Shown: positions 51,843-64,000 of the stretch, piece by piece
Layout of the letters: each line of letters opens with the position of its first letter
Position numbering within the stretch: position 1 is the stretch's first letter
NCBI GenBank assembly: GCA_023515725.1
Contig: JALDTO010000158.1
Span: 124,001-188,000, forward strand
DNA from: Amoeboaphelidium protococcarum X5
Lineage: Eukaryota; Fungi; Aphelidiomycota
DNA length: 64,000 nucleotides
Direction of reading: 5' to 3'
Translations under genes and position numbers: made by a program
The notes under the pieces: model-generated
The model's input: the letters and a program-made list of their open reading frames with translations, nothing else
What the model was told of the DNA's origin: nothing
The model's database searches: none

Positions 51843-52769
51843 TCAAAACTTGAAGACTTGATCTTCCAACTTGGAGACTGGGCGAGCAGGTTCATAACCA
51901 AGCTGTTCACAGGTCGCCTACATGGCCTTGACCATCGGAGGTGGACCGCATATCAAAATCTTGACATCTTTCGCAGGTGCCGGGCAATACTACTTGATGA
52001 CGTCCGCATTAATAAAGCCGCTACCCTGTGTCCAACCGGCTGGTGGATTGTTCAATACGTGGTAAACTTTCAGCTACTCTGGATGATCCTTCTCCAACTG
52101 AGTTAGACGCTGACGCAACAGAATATCCTCCTCAGTGACATTGCCAAATACCAGGCTGATACGAGTCTTGTCAGCAGGATTCTTCAAAACAGCCTGAATG
52201 ATCTGAAACATTGGTGTTATACCAGTGCCACCAGCTAGCATGCCAATCTCTCTGCACATGTTTGGTGTGTACAGAAAATTACCCTTCGGACCACGAACTT
52301 CCAACTCATCTCCCAGCTGAAGAGATGCAAAGTGCTTTGAGAGAACGCCAGTAGGATACGTCTTGATCAGCAAATCAAAATGTCCCTTATCATCATTCAG
52401 ACTGATGGGTGTGTAGCTGCGCATCACCTCCTTACCATCTTCGGTGACCGCTGCCTTCACTGACACGTGTTGACCAATAGGCAGATTCAGTCCTGTACCA
52501 GCAGGCAGTTCAAACCTGTAGATGGCAGTATTGTGCGTCAAAATCTCCTTCTTGATCAACTTGAACTTGCGGAATTCAGTCTTGTGCAACAGCGGTTCTA
52601 CACTTATAATTGAACGTAATTAACTCTATTATATTACACGTATTAAAAGTGACTTACTAATAGCTTAAGATTAGTAGCGAGTTCCCCAAAGATAGATTGT
52701 AAACACAATCGCTCCAAGAGCTACACCTATAGTTGCATGGTGTTAATTCAATACTTCGTCAAAGAACAT
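51843..52769 (-). CDS. CBR1: NADH-cytochrome b5 reductase
   Basis: N-terminal TM; LPIGQHVS, RSYTPIS, AGGTGITPM, CGPPPM; one intron. Confidence 0.92.
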
Positions 52770-53452
52770 TTTATTTATCCCAGTTCACTTTAAATGGTGA
52801 GTGTAAAATCACTTTTCTACCAACGGTATGGCGATGTTTAGTTTCTAGATAAAAAGCAAGTTGGCTGAAGAGAGAGACGGATCTTGCGCCGAACCGATTA
52901 TGAGCGAAAATCAATTCCTACGTCTGCCACCAGCATTTCTCGCCCGGTCAAATGAGGATCGTCTCTCCCTTTGAGCATTAATGATATTGGTGCCTTTCAG
53001 ATTGATTAATGAAGAGAATGACGTATGATTGTTGTTTCAATACAATGTCTCGCACACAGAAATTTACAAATGTAAGACTTGTGTGGCGCGGTAGATTGTC
53101 AATACAGATACTATAAAAATAGAGATGAAAAACCGCCGCTAGAATGGACAGCGTGTCTAGGAACCGAAATATTGCAATTCCGTATCATCAGAGTAGCACA
53201 GACAGTACGCGAAAGTTTCAGATAAATAATTACTGTTTCGTGGCTGCCCTTAGTGGATCATCATCAAATTTGCATTTCGTTCTTGTCGGCGTCGCGTGTC
53301 TTTCGAATGAGCTTTCTCTTTGCTCTTCTCTTTTCTTCTTCATCAACATTACAGAGTAGTGAAGAATTCTCTATTTAGATTTTTATAGTTATTTTATAAG
53401 CTATAGACTATACCGCTTTAAATTATATAAAATATTTTCAAGAAATATAAAT

Positions 53453-54577
53453 ATGAGCGTCCCGTTTATTGGTTCTGAAATTACTTTGATTAGCAAGAGT
53501 GAGATCAAGTACGTGGGAGTATTGATAGAGATTAACTAGAATGAATCCACAGTCACTCTGCAGAACGTCAGGTCATTTGGCAGTGAGGGAAGAAGGTAGT
53601 AGTTCGGGCTGGGTAGTAAAGAGATTCCACCTAGTGATAAAGTGTTTGAATTCATCGTGTTCCGTGGTCAGGACATTAAGGATCTCTAGGTGACTAAGAG
53701 TAGCGGTGTATAGAACTAATAGCTGGAGGATAAGGAGGAGATTTATTAAGATCCTGCGGTTGTTCAAGCGGGACAAGGGTCCAAGTCTTTAAGTCATCAG
53801 TAGAATGGAGGAGATCGTTTTGGGAGCAAAACTGATGGTAATAATGTCTATAAACCCGCTGCTACTCATTCTACCACCAAGTAGAGTCAATAGTAATAGT
53901 AGTAATCTCGCTAGAGGTACAATTCTAACAAGTCTTCGGGTAGTGGTGACAGAAATTAATCATCATCAACATCCAGGAAGTAGAATGGTGATTACGCTGC
54001 TAAAGCTAGAGATTAAAAGTCCCGTTCTACTCCTGGTAAGTCTTACCGTAACAACTAGTAGCAATTACCGCAGAAAGTTGAGATTCCCAATGAGGACTTT
54101 GATTTTACCAAGGCCATTGTGGATAAGTTGAAGATTGCGCAAGAACTGGCTGATGGTGGCCAGGATGTGTAATCATTTTAGATTGAATAAAGAGCTTCTG
54201 GTGAATAGCGTTAGCCGCCCAAGTATGACAAGAAGTCTTCATTCTTTGATGAGATATCCTCTGATGCTCAGGAGAGATTCAAGACATTGGAAGAGAGATA
54301 GAAGGCTAAAGAGGCTGCTAATCAAGATGGAAATGGTGACATTGGTCATGGTAATGTTGGATCTATGAGCAGAGAAGAGCGTTATCAAAAGCGTAGAGAG
54401 CAGCGGCAATTGGAGAATTAGCTCAACATGGAGACTTTCGGGATTGCCTATGATCCAGATGGACATTCGCGTAACTTTCGTGGTCGTGGAGGTCGCGGAA
54501 GGTACAACAAGAGTCGTGGCGGTCGTGGCGGCTACTCTCGCGGTGGCCGTGGAAAGTCCAATGTGGCGAATGAGTGA
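53453..54577 (+). CDS. SCD6: Scd6/Lsm14 P-body protein
   Basis: FIGSEITLISKSEIKYVG, VRSFGSEGR, FIVFRGQDIKDL, DFDF, YDKKSSFFDEIS, NMETFG, RGG tail. Confidence 0.92.
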
Positions 54578-54715
54578 AAATGTCTTCTTACTTGGGTCTT
54601 TATTACTATTCCATGATATAGCAAGAGAATCATTTAATCTTAATAAAGTACATGAATACCATCCGTAATAACATGTCTACTTGAAAATACTTTAAATATA
54701 TTCACATTCAAGTCT

Positions 54716-57688
54716 TCATAATAAAGAATCTTTATCACTATCCTTGTCGCTTGAAGGGAAGCGAATGGTTCTATCTCTTTCCAAGTTCTCAACTAGTCGA
54801 GGACTCATCTGATATCTGTCGTGCACTCGAGTGAATTGAGCTCTATTTAGTTTCCTCCCGCCACTCTAATCCTTTTTACTGGTAGAGCTTCTCAAATGAC
54901 AGACAATATCAACATTCCTATCCTTGAACATATTCCGAACATTCTGCGGATTTATTAGTTTACATCCAGTGAATACAAGCTGCTTAATATACTAACAATT
55001 ATCAAAGACCAGCTTTACCCAGCCAATAGTGAGACGGGGACAAGTACGCAATCGAAGGTACTCAATTTCCGAAATATTATCAATTATCATCACAATGGAC
55101 AGATCACTGATTTAACTATTCACTGACAGGTCGAGACTGCGGAGTTTAAGACAAGATTTAGACAGTTCCGCCGATCCACAATCGGTGAGTAGTTCACAAT
55201 GCGCAAGATTCAGATGTTTGAGATTAACCAATGATGAAATGTATTAGCACGATACATCAGTCAGCAACTAGCACCAACTTAAGTCTAGTGTTGCAAGTAA
55301 GCGCATGTTTTGTGATATGATCTTCACACACTCATCATCTATAGATTAGCCTTTGCAGAGGGCCAACTCTGTCAATAATGGGGCATTAGTCGATAGATCT
55401 TTTAAATCCTTCTAAATGATTCCAGTGGCATTGCTAAGTTTAAAAGACTGTAAGTTCTTGAGTAGCATTTGATCATAGTTGATCTTTCTAATCTTTGATA
55501 GATGCAGAGTCTCTAATTATGTCATGCACTGTGTGATATAATTAATGAACTTTGAATCATGCCTGGCAGCAAATCCGCACCCTTTTATGCTGAGGTGGAT
55601 AACATTGGGACAGATAGCATGCAATAACTTGATATGGCTGTAATTCACTGCACATGAGGTAAAGCTTACATCCCTCAGACTTTTGCTAGCAATCTACAGC
55701 ATCGATATGTATCTAGAAAGAGTGAAATTACTCTTCTTGTTAAACTTTAACCGCTAAATATCGCATCCATCAGTGCGTAGTAAATCTCTCCAGTCTTTGC
55801 ACACTTGCCGACATTACAGAAGGGATTACTTCTTCAAATACTTGAAAACATCTCTCATGACATGGCCTGGTAGGTGACTGATGGAGCATTTCTAATTCCG
55901 CAATTATTACAATGATTGTAGATGCCTGCTTGAATAAATACCTCGATGAAAAGCATTACTAGCCACAGCCAGTATCCTCTCATTCTTGAATATAGAAGTT
56001 GAAGAATCTACTAAAAGTCTCAGGCGCGACTAAACTTCATTCGGCAGCATCTACAGGGCATCTAAAGTCAATATATACGCTTATGATTAAGAAAGAGCTC
56101 TAAGAGCCAGCTAATTTATACTGCCATTACCAATATTGCCGATAACATCTCCTGATTACAATAGTTTGAAATTGAAATCCTTCTAAACATTAGACAACGC
56201 AAACTGACCATGCTATACATAAATCACCACCTACTCCTCTTAATTGAACTAATAAAATTCTTCAGGATTAAATCGAATATCATACACTTAATTCACAATC
56301 TAACCATAAATATTGGGAGAACATCCTTTCATGAGACTCCAACTCAAGAAAAGATTCTTGATATCCTAATATTCAGCCTTATTATCAGGCCTGACTTACT
56401 ATAATAACGACGACATCTGATTAACATTTTCAGCCTACTTATCATTAGCAGCAAGATGAGTAGGTATAAAAGGAATCACTACTATTGAGCATTTAGGGTC
56501 AATACATTGGACATTTATAGGGAATTGCAAAACAGCCTTGGTCTCATGAATGACATTACTCTTAGTATCTTAAAGTCGACCACTCAGAACTATACATGAT
56601 CCAACAGATAGATCTAATAATTCATTCTTTAATAGAACTCGCTCATATCCACAACCTCGATAAGGATAATCCATTTAGGGCAATTCGGAACCAATTAAGA
56701 CTGCAGATTGAGATTCACGAACATCTTGACACTATTACTCTTGAATAATCTAAAGTGTAAACTATACAATCAGATCTTACTTCAGCTTGGTATTAAAAAA
56801 ATTCTCCTGTATCAGACTGTCAAGTTTCCTCTCATCCCATCGCATGATTCTACAATTCGATTGCACCACCACTTTGATCTGATAATCAGCCTTTTTATCC
56901 GACAAGAGAGACAATAAGTTCATTAGTTTAGAGGGGACTATCTACAATTATACGCTAAATATATCACCAGCATTTCTCTTTATCAGAACGTCAGCAGTGC
57001 CATTTAAAAGACAAAAGTTGTCCTTCTTATTAGATATGGGAATAACATCACCAGCCTTCAAGCTTATCACAGTACAACAGCCACGCAGATCTTCCGACGG
57101 CATATCAAAATCCTTCAACTTTCCCTTCTACTTCAATATCTCAATCTCGTGACAAATTTGAACAGCTCTTTATAAATCAGGCGCGTACTAAGAGTATGCA
57201 TTCACCAAAAACTTCAGCATAACTTTAGAGCAAGCAGCTTGTAACTCCTCACTCTTCAAATATGCAACACGGCAAACTTCAGTAACTGCACGATAATTAT
57301 AATAAGATGATTGTAGACTAACTTGACTGTTTGTCTATTGGGACAGCTGCATGAGTTCAGATAATCCGATAAAGTTCAATGGTTTCAAGATGGATACACA
57401 CTTGTCATCACTGATAAAAACTCCCACCTCTCCCTGCAGTATAATACCAAATGCATTCAGGCTGACCGCCTCATCCTGACTATACTCTGATATCCTGAAA
57501 AAGTATGATACAGTTGAAATCACAGACTGAGGACACTATGAGAACGGATGTATAGTTTTGAGACAACTCTACAATGTTTCAACTTCCTCCTTATTCGGTC
57601 TTGTACTATTCTGCACAACTTTCTAATACGCCTGCTTTCCAGCAACAGTGAAAATCTTTCTCAAAGCATAATTAAACTAAGACTCCAT
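54716..57688 (-). CDS. Cyclic-nucleotide-binding-like + F-box + LRR protein
   Basis: 991-codon ORF; N-terminal cNMP-like repeats (IILQGEVGV...NFIGLSE...NYRA); F-box ISHLPGHVMRDVFKYL...CRQVCKDW; Cys-containing LRRs. Confidence 0.7.
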
Positions 57689-58238
57689 AACAAAATGTAA
57701 AGTGTTAACAATCACTGCCAAATGTAGTTGAATACACTATCTATCTCCAGTATAAGAATGAATGATAAGAAGAATGATAAAAGAAGATTGGCAAAGAACA
57801 AACAAAGACTGGCTGAAACGGGAAAAGAAACGCGGTCGATCTTCTCACATGAAGTTTGAGCGTTAATGAAATGGACTTTTTGACAACAGAGAGTATACAA
57901 TGTGAAAAGCCTTTACGGTATAAATGATCAAACATCATATCTCATTCAGTAGATTACCTTGTGAGGAAAGATAAGAAAAGTTTAGAAGCGATTGTGCTGA
58001 CTTTTCCCACCAGTATGTATTTTCATATGGCAGAGTAAGAGTGAAAGCGCAAAGGGGACAAGTTTCAGTGATCACGCGAGTCGTCATCGTCTTTCATCCG
58101 GCTTTTTCCTTTGACCATTATTTCCGTCGTCGACTTCGACTGATTACTGTAACTGCGATTTGGTAATTTTTAATTTTATAATTGTGCGTACGTATATAAT
58201 ATATTCTCCAAAGTCTTTAATTCGGAGAAGCGATTGAA

Positions 58239-58976
58239 ATGACTGCGAAAAAGTCTCAAGTTAAGCTCGTATTACTAGGAGAGGCAGCTGTCGGTAAATC
58301 CAGTATAGTGTCCAGATTTGTGAAGGGTGAATTCCAGGATGTGAAAGAGTCTACGATTGGTGCTGCATTCCTTACCTAGCGCTGCCGAATCCCGGAAGAT
58401 CCAGATCGTGTTATTAAATTTGAGGTGTGGGATACGGCTGGGTAGGAGCGATTCAACAGTCTGGCGCCGATGTATTATCGCAATGCCCAGGCTGCCATCG
58501 CGGTGTATGATGTGACCAAGCCGCAAACTTTGGAAAAGGCCAAGTACTGGATTTAGGAATTGAAATAGCTAAAGAAGCCAGACTTGGTGTTGGTACTGGC
58601 TGGTAATAAAAGCGATCTTGTGTCCGGCATTACTGATCCTGCAAAGATTGATCAGCTGAACAAGTTGAGAGACGAAGCGGAGGCTTATAGCCAGGAGTAG
58701 GGGATTCTGTACTTTGAGACTAGTGCCAAGACGGGGAGTAATATTGTGGAGATGTTCACTGATATTGCTCGTAATCTTCCACAGGAGTTGCGCGATTCTC
58801 AGTCTGCTGTATCTCCCGCCCAGTCATTATCTAGATCATACCTGTTCTCACCTCAATCTGCTGGTAGAAGTGGTAGTAACGCGCCATCTTTACTTATACG
58901 CGACTCTCCTGGACATTTGGATGGAAGGAACGATTACAACTACAATAATAATAATGATAGCAATTGCGGATGTTAA
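58239..58976 (+). CDS. Rab5-family GTPase (Ypt52/Vps21-like); 3' end anomalous
   Basis: [27 protein letters not shown] (Q=TAG), YYRNA, GNKSD, ETSAK, C-terminal CGC then TAA; next TGA at 59079-59081. Confidence 0.88.
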
Positions 58977-59057
58977 ATTTAAACTAATTTTATTCATTTT
59001 TATTTATATACTACTACTACTATGTTGAAATGCTATACAATGTCCGATTATATTATA

Positions 59058-60365
59058 TCAGCGCCTGCTTCCACCGCCTGATTATTTCAACAATCTCTTG
59101 GCCAGTGTTGATGTTCCCACTTTGCCGCCATTAACACCATCACCTTGACGGGACCCAGGACCTGTTAGAACCATTCCATCATCCACTGTGGATTGGGGTA
59201 CGACAGTGTACGCTGATCTATTCGCCACTGGAATCTGAGCAAAAACTCGTCTAGTCACCAAATCATCCGCCATCAATCTCCCGTCCTAGCCATTAGCACC
59301 TCCGCCGCCACCAGATGATCTTCTCTACTATAATGATTGTTGCGATTGTGAACCAGCACCGCCATGATTTCCATTCTTCATAACCAATGGGCGACTCCAA
59401 GTAAAAATCAAATCCATAGCGCACTTTTTAATATCCACCAGCTCCCTGTCGTTCTTGGCATAGAATGCCACAATTCTTCCAATTCTACTATCTCGCACCT
59501 AATCTGTACTAACCGGCAACTTGACCAAAATATCAAAAATGCTCTCCTTAATCTTGTAATTAGGCAGCGATCCGTCCGGTAATGGTTCCAACCAAATTCT
59601 GAGACATTCCAACATTTCATGATCCAGAATCTGCTCATAAAGGAACGTCTTACTCAGCAAATCTTGAACAATAGGCAGCAACTTTAATTTCTCAACAGCG
59701 GGCTACTTATTCTAATTACTCTCTATATCCTACTCTGCAGCGTCCCTCATAGCCTGGCATACTTGTGATATCAATTCATCTGCATCAGTGTCCTCGCCAA
59801 TGTCATCCTGAGCAATTCTCCGCCTATTAGTGCTCTTGAATGAATTCACCACCTGATCAAATTCTTCAATGTACTCATTATTGATCTGACGGGATACAGA
59901 ACCATTCACATCCTCGTCATCACCATCCCCTCCCTCAATACGGCCTTTGGATCTAGCGGCCTTCTGAGACTAACCTTAAGTAGATGATCCTCTACGAGCC
60001 TTTTTCCTCTTGGCATCCAGCAGAGGACCATCCTACACAATCTTCTTCCTGACCTTGGCAAGACTGGATGCGCTCTATCTCACCTGGTACTCTTCATCTT
60101 CCTCCTCTTCAGCTTAATCCTAAAAGTCATCATCTTAGTACTTCTACTCTAATTCAGTCTAATATTAATCATCTGCTGCGACATCCTTCTCCTCCTCTAC
60201 TGGCTCTTCCACTTCAAAACTACCCAAATCTTCATCCAACTCGGATAAATCAGAATCCGTATCAGTCCCGCCGAATAGCTCTTCCTCCAGACGATTTCTC
60301 TCCAAGTCCGCCTAATCTTGCGCCACTATATTCTATTACTAATCCTTATCCTCTGCGTCACTCAT
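59058..60365 (-). CDS. IWS1: Transcription elongation factor Iws1/Spn1
   Basis: PAVEKLKLLP, LRIWLEPLPDGSLPNYKIK, WSRPLV. Confidence 0.85.
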
Positions 60366-60602
60366 AATAACAATGCAGTTAATATAATTAGTAAAGTTCA
60401 CCAAGAATGTACAATAATAACGATTTATAGAATGAAAGAAGAAGAAAAGACGGCCGACAGATCTATACGCGCAGCAGAACACTCTCCCGATCAACCAAGC
60501 GGTTTACTCGTTCCCTTCAGCTGATGATTCTTCATCCTTCTAACCGACTGATATTAAATATTCAAAGCATATCGCTGCTGTCACTTTGCAGATTGAACAA
60601 GT

Positions 60603-62015
60603 ATGAGTGGAACTTTAAATATCATATTTATCATTGCTGTGTTAGTGAGCGTAATCTATGGAAAGAGTGATGTATTTCGGAGGTTGGATGTGTATGAAGA
60701 CGTTCACTCTATGCCCAAGTATGAGATGAAAATGGATGAGATTATATCAGAGTCTATTCTTACGGCTGATATAGAGTAACAAGCAATTTAGCAGCAAGAG
60801 TAGTAGTTGCGTCAATAGGATTAACTGGGAGAAATGCCGTAGTAGTTATAATAAGTGAGTACTTCAGAGAAGATTGTTCTTCAGTCTCCAGATGGTTTAA
60901 AGTATCGATGTGTATTCCCGCTGTTGATTAACGATCGCGATTAGTCTGACGTTGATAATGATGATAAACAGAATTAACAGCTGGATGAAGGTAGTCTCTT
61001 GAATAAGGCAGTCAGTGCTATAGAGCCTTTGAAAAAGAGTTGTCTCATATCAGTGGACGGCTGGTGGACGTATGAGTATTGTCATTTAAATTATCTCCGC
61101 TAGTATCATTAGAAATTGGTTCCTCAATTGGATGCTAATGGTTAGCCAATACAATAACATTAATAGTAGTAATAACAAGGAGGAGGTGTTTAATTGCAAA
61201 CAGTGTTTGCAACTCCATAGGTAGTGTATGATTATTACCTCGGGCGATATGCTGCTGCTAATCCAGACCGTAGCATCAATACTAATAACGTGTAATTGGT
61301 GCGACATCCACGGACTAATGCTAGAGGTGTATTATTTAAGATTAGTGGCGGGTCCATGTGTGAAGTGATTGGAAAGTAGAGGAAGGTGGACGTGTTCTTC
61401 TACTGCTCCACGACCGGTGTGCGACGCTTTAGTTCGGTGAAAGAGCTGTCCACCTGCGTGTATTCATTAAATATCTACGTACCTGAGCTGTGCTAGTTGA
61501 CAGAGTTTGTACCTCAGGACGAGAATGTTGTAAATTAGATTAATTGTCAGTTGGTTCTATCAGACGATGAGTATGACTAGAAATTGAAAACAGTGGAGGA
61601 GGAATCTTAAAAGTAACAGTAGCAATAGTAACGAGTGAATGAGCAGAATCAAAAGAAGGCATCTTCTAAAGGCAATAAGTAGGCTATTAAAGGTAAATAG
61701 AACATGGCCCAGCTGTCTTTGCAAGAGTTATTGCAGAAAATGTTGCCAGAAGAATTTAAGAAGAATGTAGGTGGATAGAATCAAGGCCAGGATGGCTAGA
61801 TTAAGTTTTTGATGAAGCAATTTGACTCGGCCGATTTTCAGTCATTATTCAATGGTGATGGTGATGGTGAAGAAGATTCTGTATCGGGAGAATTATAGTA
61901 AGATGGGTCTCATTAAACACCATCTTCTCCTTAAGATTCTGGAGATGGTTAGGACTCTGGCTCAGAACAGAGCATGGAAGACATTTTGAAAGAAGTGTTC
62001 AAGATTGAATTATGA
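60603..62015 (+). CDS. YOS9: OS-9/Yos9 ER lectin (MRH domain)
   Basis: Signal peptide; CLISVDGWWTYEYCH, YYLGRY, GGSMCEVIGKQRKVDVFFYC, KELSTCVY...PELC; C-terminal KIEL. Confidence 0.82.
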
Positions 62016-62183
62016 TACTTGAATTCACTTCAGAATGAATGTACATTGTACAGTGTAGTGTAGTGCTGCTTTTAAAAAGTCGGCGCTTATCGAGCTCTAA
62101 CTTTATCACTTTCTTTCTTTCATCATTCTTGATTTATCTACCTGTACAAAGAGACTCATCGTCGTAAAATTAAAGATTGTGAA

Positions 62184-62574
62184 ATGACATTGTAATAGCC
62201 GTAATAGTCGCTGGCTGCACCGCCAAAGTCTAAGCCAATGATTTAGCCTATTAATCGTATATTCTCCTATCTCACATCGAGGGCGCCAGTTTCCATCTGG
62301 CTCATGGATCAGTATAATTTGACCATCGAGGGCATCATCATAGTAAGTTTTACGCGTTATTCTACTTGATTTATCCCGCACATCGTTATATTCATACATG
62401 TCTCTTTGATACGTAATGTAGGGATTTGATGAGTTTATGAATTTGGTTCTGGACGATGCCGTGGAGGTGCATGAGAAGTTGAAAACGCGTAATCCTCTTG
62501 GTCGAATTATGCTTAAAGGCGATAGTATTGCCATGATGCGGTAATTGCCAACTATGTAAGATGGTGATGAGTGA
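62184..62574 (+). CDS. SME1: snRNP core protein SmE
   Basis: [44 protein letters not shown]; one intron. Confidence 0.92.
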
Positions 62575-62812
62575 GAATTATCTCTGGTTTGAATTATATA
62601 TTTGATTTGGTTTTACTATCGTTGACAATTTATTTCAAGTTGTTGTTGTGCGTTGGGCCGCTTTTACACGGTCGAACATGTTCAACGTTATAGCGAATGC
62701 ATAAAGTAAGACAAAATTATCAATTAAATTCATTGTATTTCCCATCATTATTGTTCACGGTAACTTCACAAAGATAAATTGCAGACTTTACAACGCCCAT
62801 TTAGGAGAGAGA

Positions 62813-64000
62813 TCACCTTTTACTGGCTCCCTTTGCGCCGCCGCCACCACCACCAGCACTTCCAGAAGGTTTGGCTGCAGCGGCTGCAGGCTTTGGGGGC
62901 TTTGCAGCTACGGCACCACCACCGCCACCACCACTACCACCACCAGTAGCAGGCTTAGTAGCAGCTTGTTTAGGCTGTGCAGCAGCAGCTTATTTAGGTT
63001 GTGCAGCAGCACTACCAGCCTTATCAGGACCAGTTCCAGTTGAGCCGGCCTTGTTATTACTCACTTACGGCCTAGCTGCTTCCTAGCCTGTCATTGGGCG
63101 TCTTTAAGCATCAGGATCTCGTCCTCCCGCACTTGGCGATGCAGGTTTTTAACCTTACATACCCTGATTGCCACTTACGATCGGAGCCCCTCCTCTTGGT
63201 GCACCAGGAGTAGATTCCATACCTTGTCTGCCACTCACTATTGGAGCCCCTCCTCTTGGTGCACCAGGATTAGATTCCATACCCTGCCTGCCACTTACGA
63301 TTTACCTTCCTCTTTCTGGAATTTATGCTGGCTGAGAATTCGCATTAGCACCTGGAGCAGCTTATTGTTATTAAGCAGCTTGACCACCTGCCTATTGTCC
63401 AGAAGCTAAACCAGCTTATTACTATCCAGCACTTGGAGCAGCTTATTGCGATTGAGCAGTTTGACCAGCTTATTGCTATCCAGTACTTGGAGCAACTTAT
63501 TATTAGCCAGCAGATTGGCCAACTTGAGCAGCTTATTGTTATTATGTAGATTGACCAGCTTACTACTATCCAGCAGATTGAGCAACTTGTTATTATTCTG
63601 CGGATTGGCCAGTTTGCGCGGTTGGTTATTAACCAGCAGTTGGTGGAGCAGGAGCTGCCTCTGGAGCAGGAGCTGGCTAGTTGCCAACAGTTGGTGGAGC
63701 AGGTGCAGCTTCTGGAGCAGGAGCAGGAGCCGCCTATGGAGCAGGAGGTGCAGCCTCAGGTTAAGGTGCAGGTGCAGCCTCAGGTTAAGGAGCAGGAGCT
63801 GCCTCAGTTTAAGGTGCAGGTGCAGCCTCAGGTTAAGGTGCAGGTGCAGCCTCAGGTTAAGGAGCAGGAGCTGCCTCAGGTTAAGGTGCAGGTGCAGCCT
63901 CAGGTTAAGGAGCAGGAGCTGCCTCAGGAGCAGGAGCTGGAGCAGCCTACTAATTGCCAGAAGAAGATTCATACTTATTGGTGCTGCCAACAACATCGCG
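62813..64000 (-). CDS. Pro/Ala/Gln/Asn-rich repetitive protein, 5' end outside the window
   Basis: TGA-free frame from the window edge to TGA at 62813 with (EAAPAPQP)n, QQQAGQ and GAPRGGAP repeats. Confidence 0.6.
63745..63935. repeat. 24-bp tandem repeat (EAAPAPQP units)
   Basis: ~7-8 units like gcctcaggttaaggtgcaggtgca / gcctcaggttaaggagcaggagct. Confidence 0.85.

Noticed and set aside
52800-53450. tRNA or ncRNA in the longer intergenic gaps (also 10050-10530)
   Set aside because: No cloverleaf, A/B box or snRNA motif recognised by eye.
63745-63935. CRISPR-like array
   Set aside because: Contiguous coding tandem repeat with no unique spacers, in a eukaryotic context.
63406-63996. 196-aa Leu/His-rich ORF in the track
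   Set aside because: Off-frame reading of the P/A/Q repeat protein.
1-64000. Mass pseudogenisation suggested by fragmented ORFs
   Set aside because: The breaks are TAA/TAG at Gln positions; the frames are intact under TAR=Gln.

Overview
Gene-dense, intron-poor eukaryotic (fungus-like) genomic DNA with short introns of about 45-90 nt. It uses a non-standard nuclear code: TAA/TAG = Gln and TGA is the only regular stop. The supplied standard-code ORF track is therefore fragmented, and I retranslated the genes by hand. The code plus the fungal-type genes suggest an aphelid such as Amoeboaphelidium protococcarum (inference). About 30 housekeeping genes are recognisable: NXT1, RRP17, APA, a RING protein, NAA10, mitochondrial RRF, a TPX2-like protein, CAB4, RasGAP, VPS1, DnaJ, Hikeshi, CTP1, FANCL, two RPS0 copies, a zizimin-type DOCK, an EF-hand rhomboid, POLD2, SPP2-like, OTU2, CHY, RRP15, CTK3, SMYD, CBR1, SCD6, a cNMP-F-box-LRR protein, Rab5, IWS1, OS-9 and SmE. 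There are two accessory regions. (1) 17.2-27.0 kb: a ~1.16-kb direct duplication (FANCL 3' end + RPS0) brackets Helitron/hAT relics and an orphan ORF, and the second copy is interrupted by a 3.0-kb Helitron2-like element that holds a nested Harbinger-type MITE. (2) 38.6-46.5 kb: an intact 1250-aa KDZ transposase fused to a Ulp1-type protease, with an orphan gene and an HMG-box gene. The most striking anomaly is a Rab5 gene whose CXC prenylation motif is followed directly by TAA, a codon that otherwise means Gln here. All translations and coordinates were derived by eye; ends may be off by a few nt.
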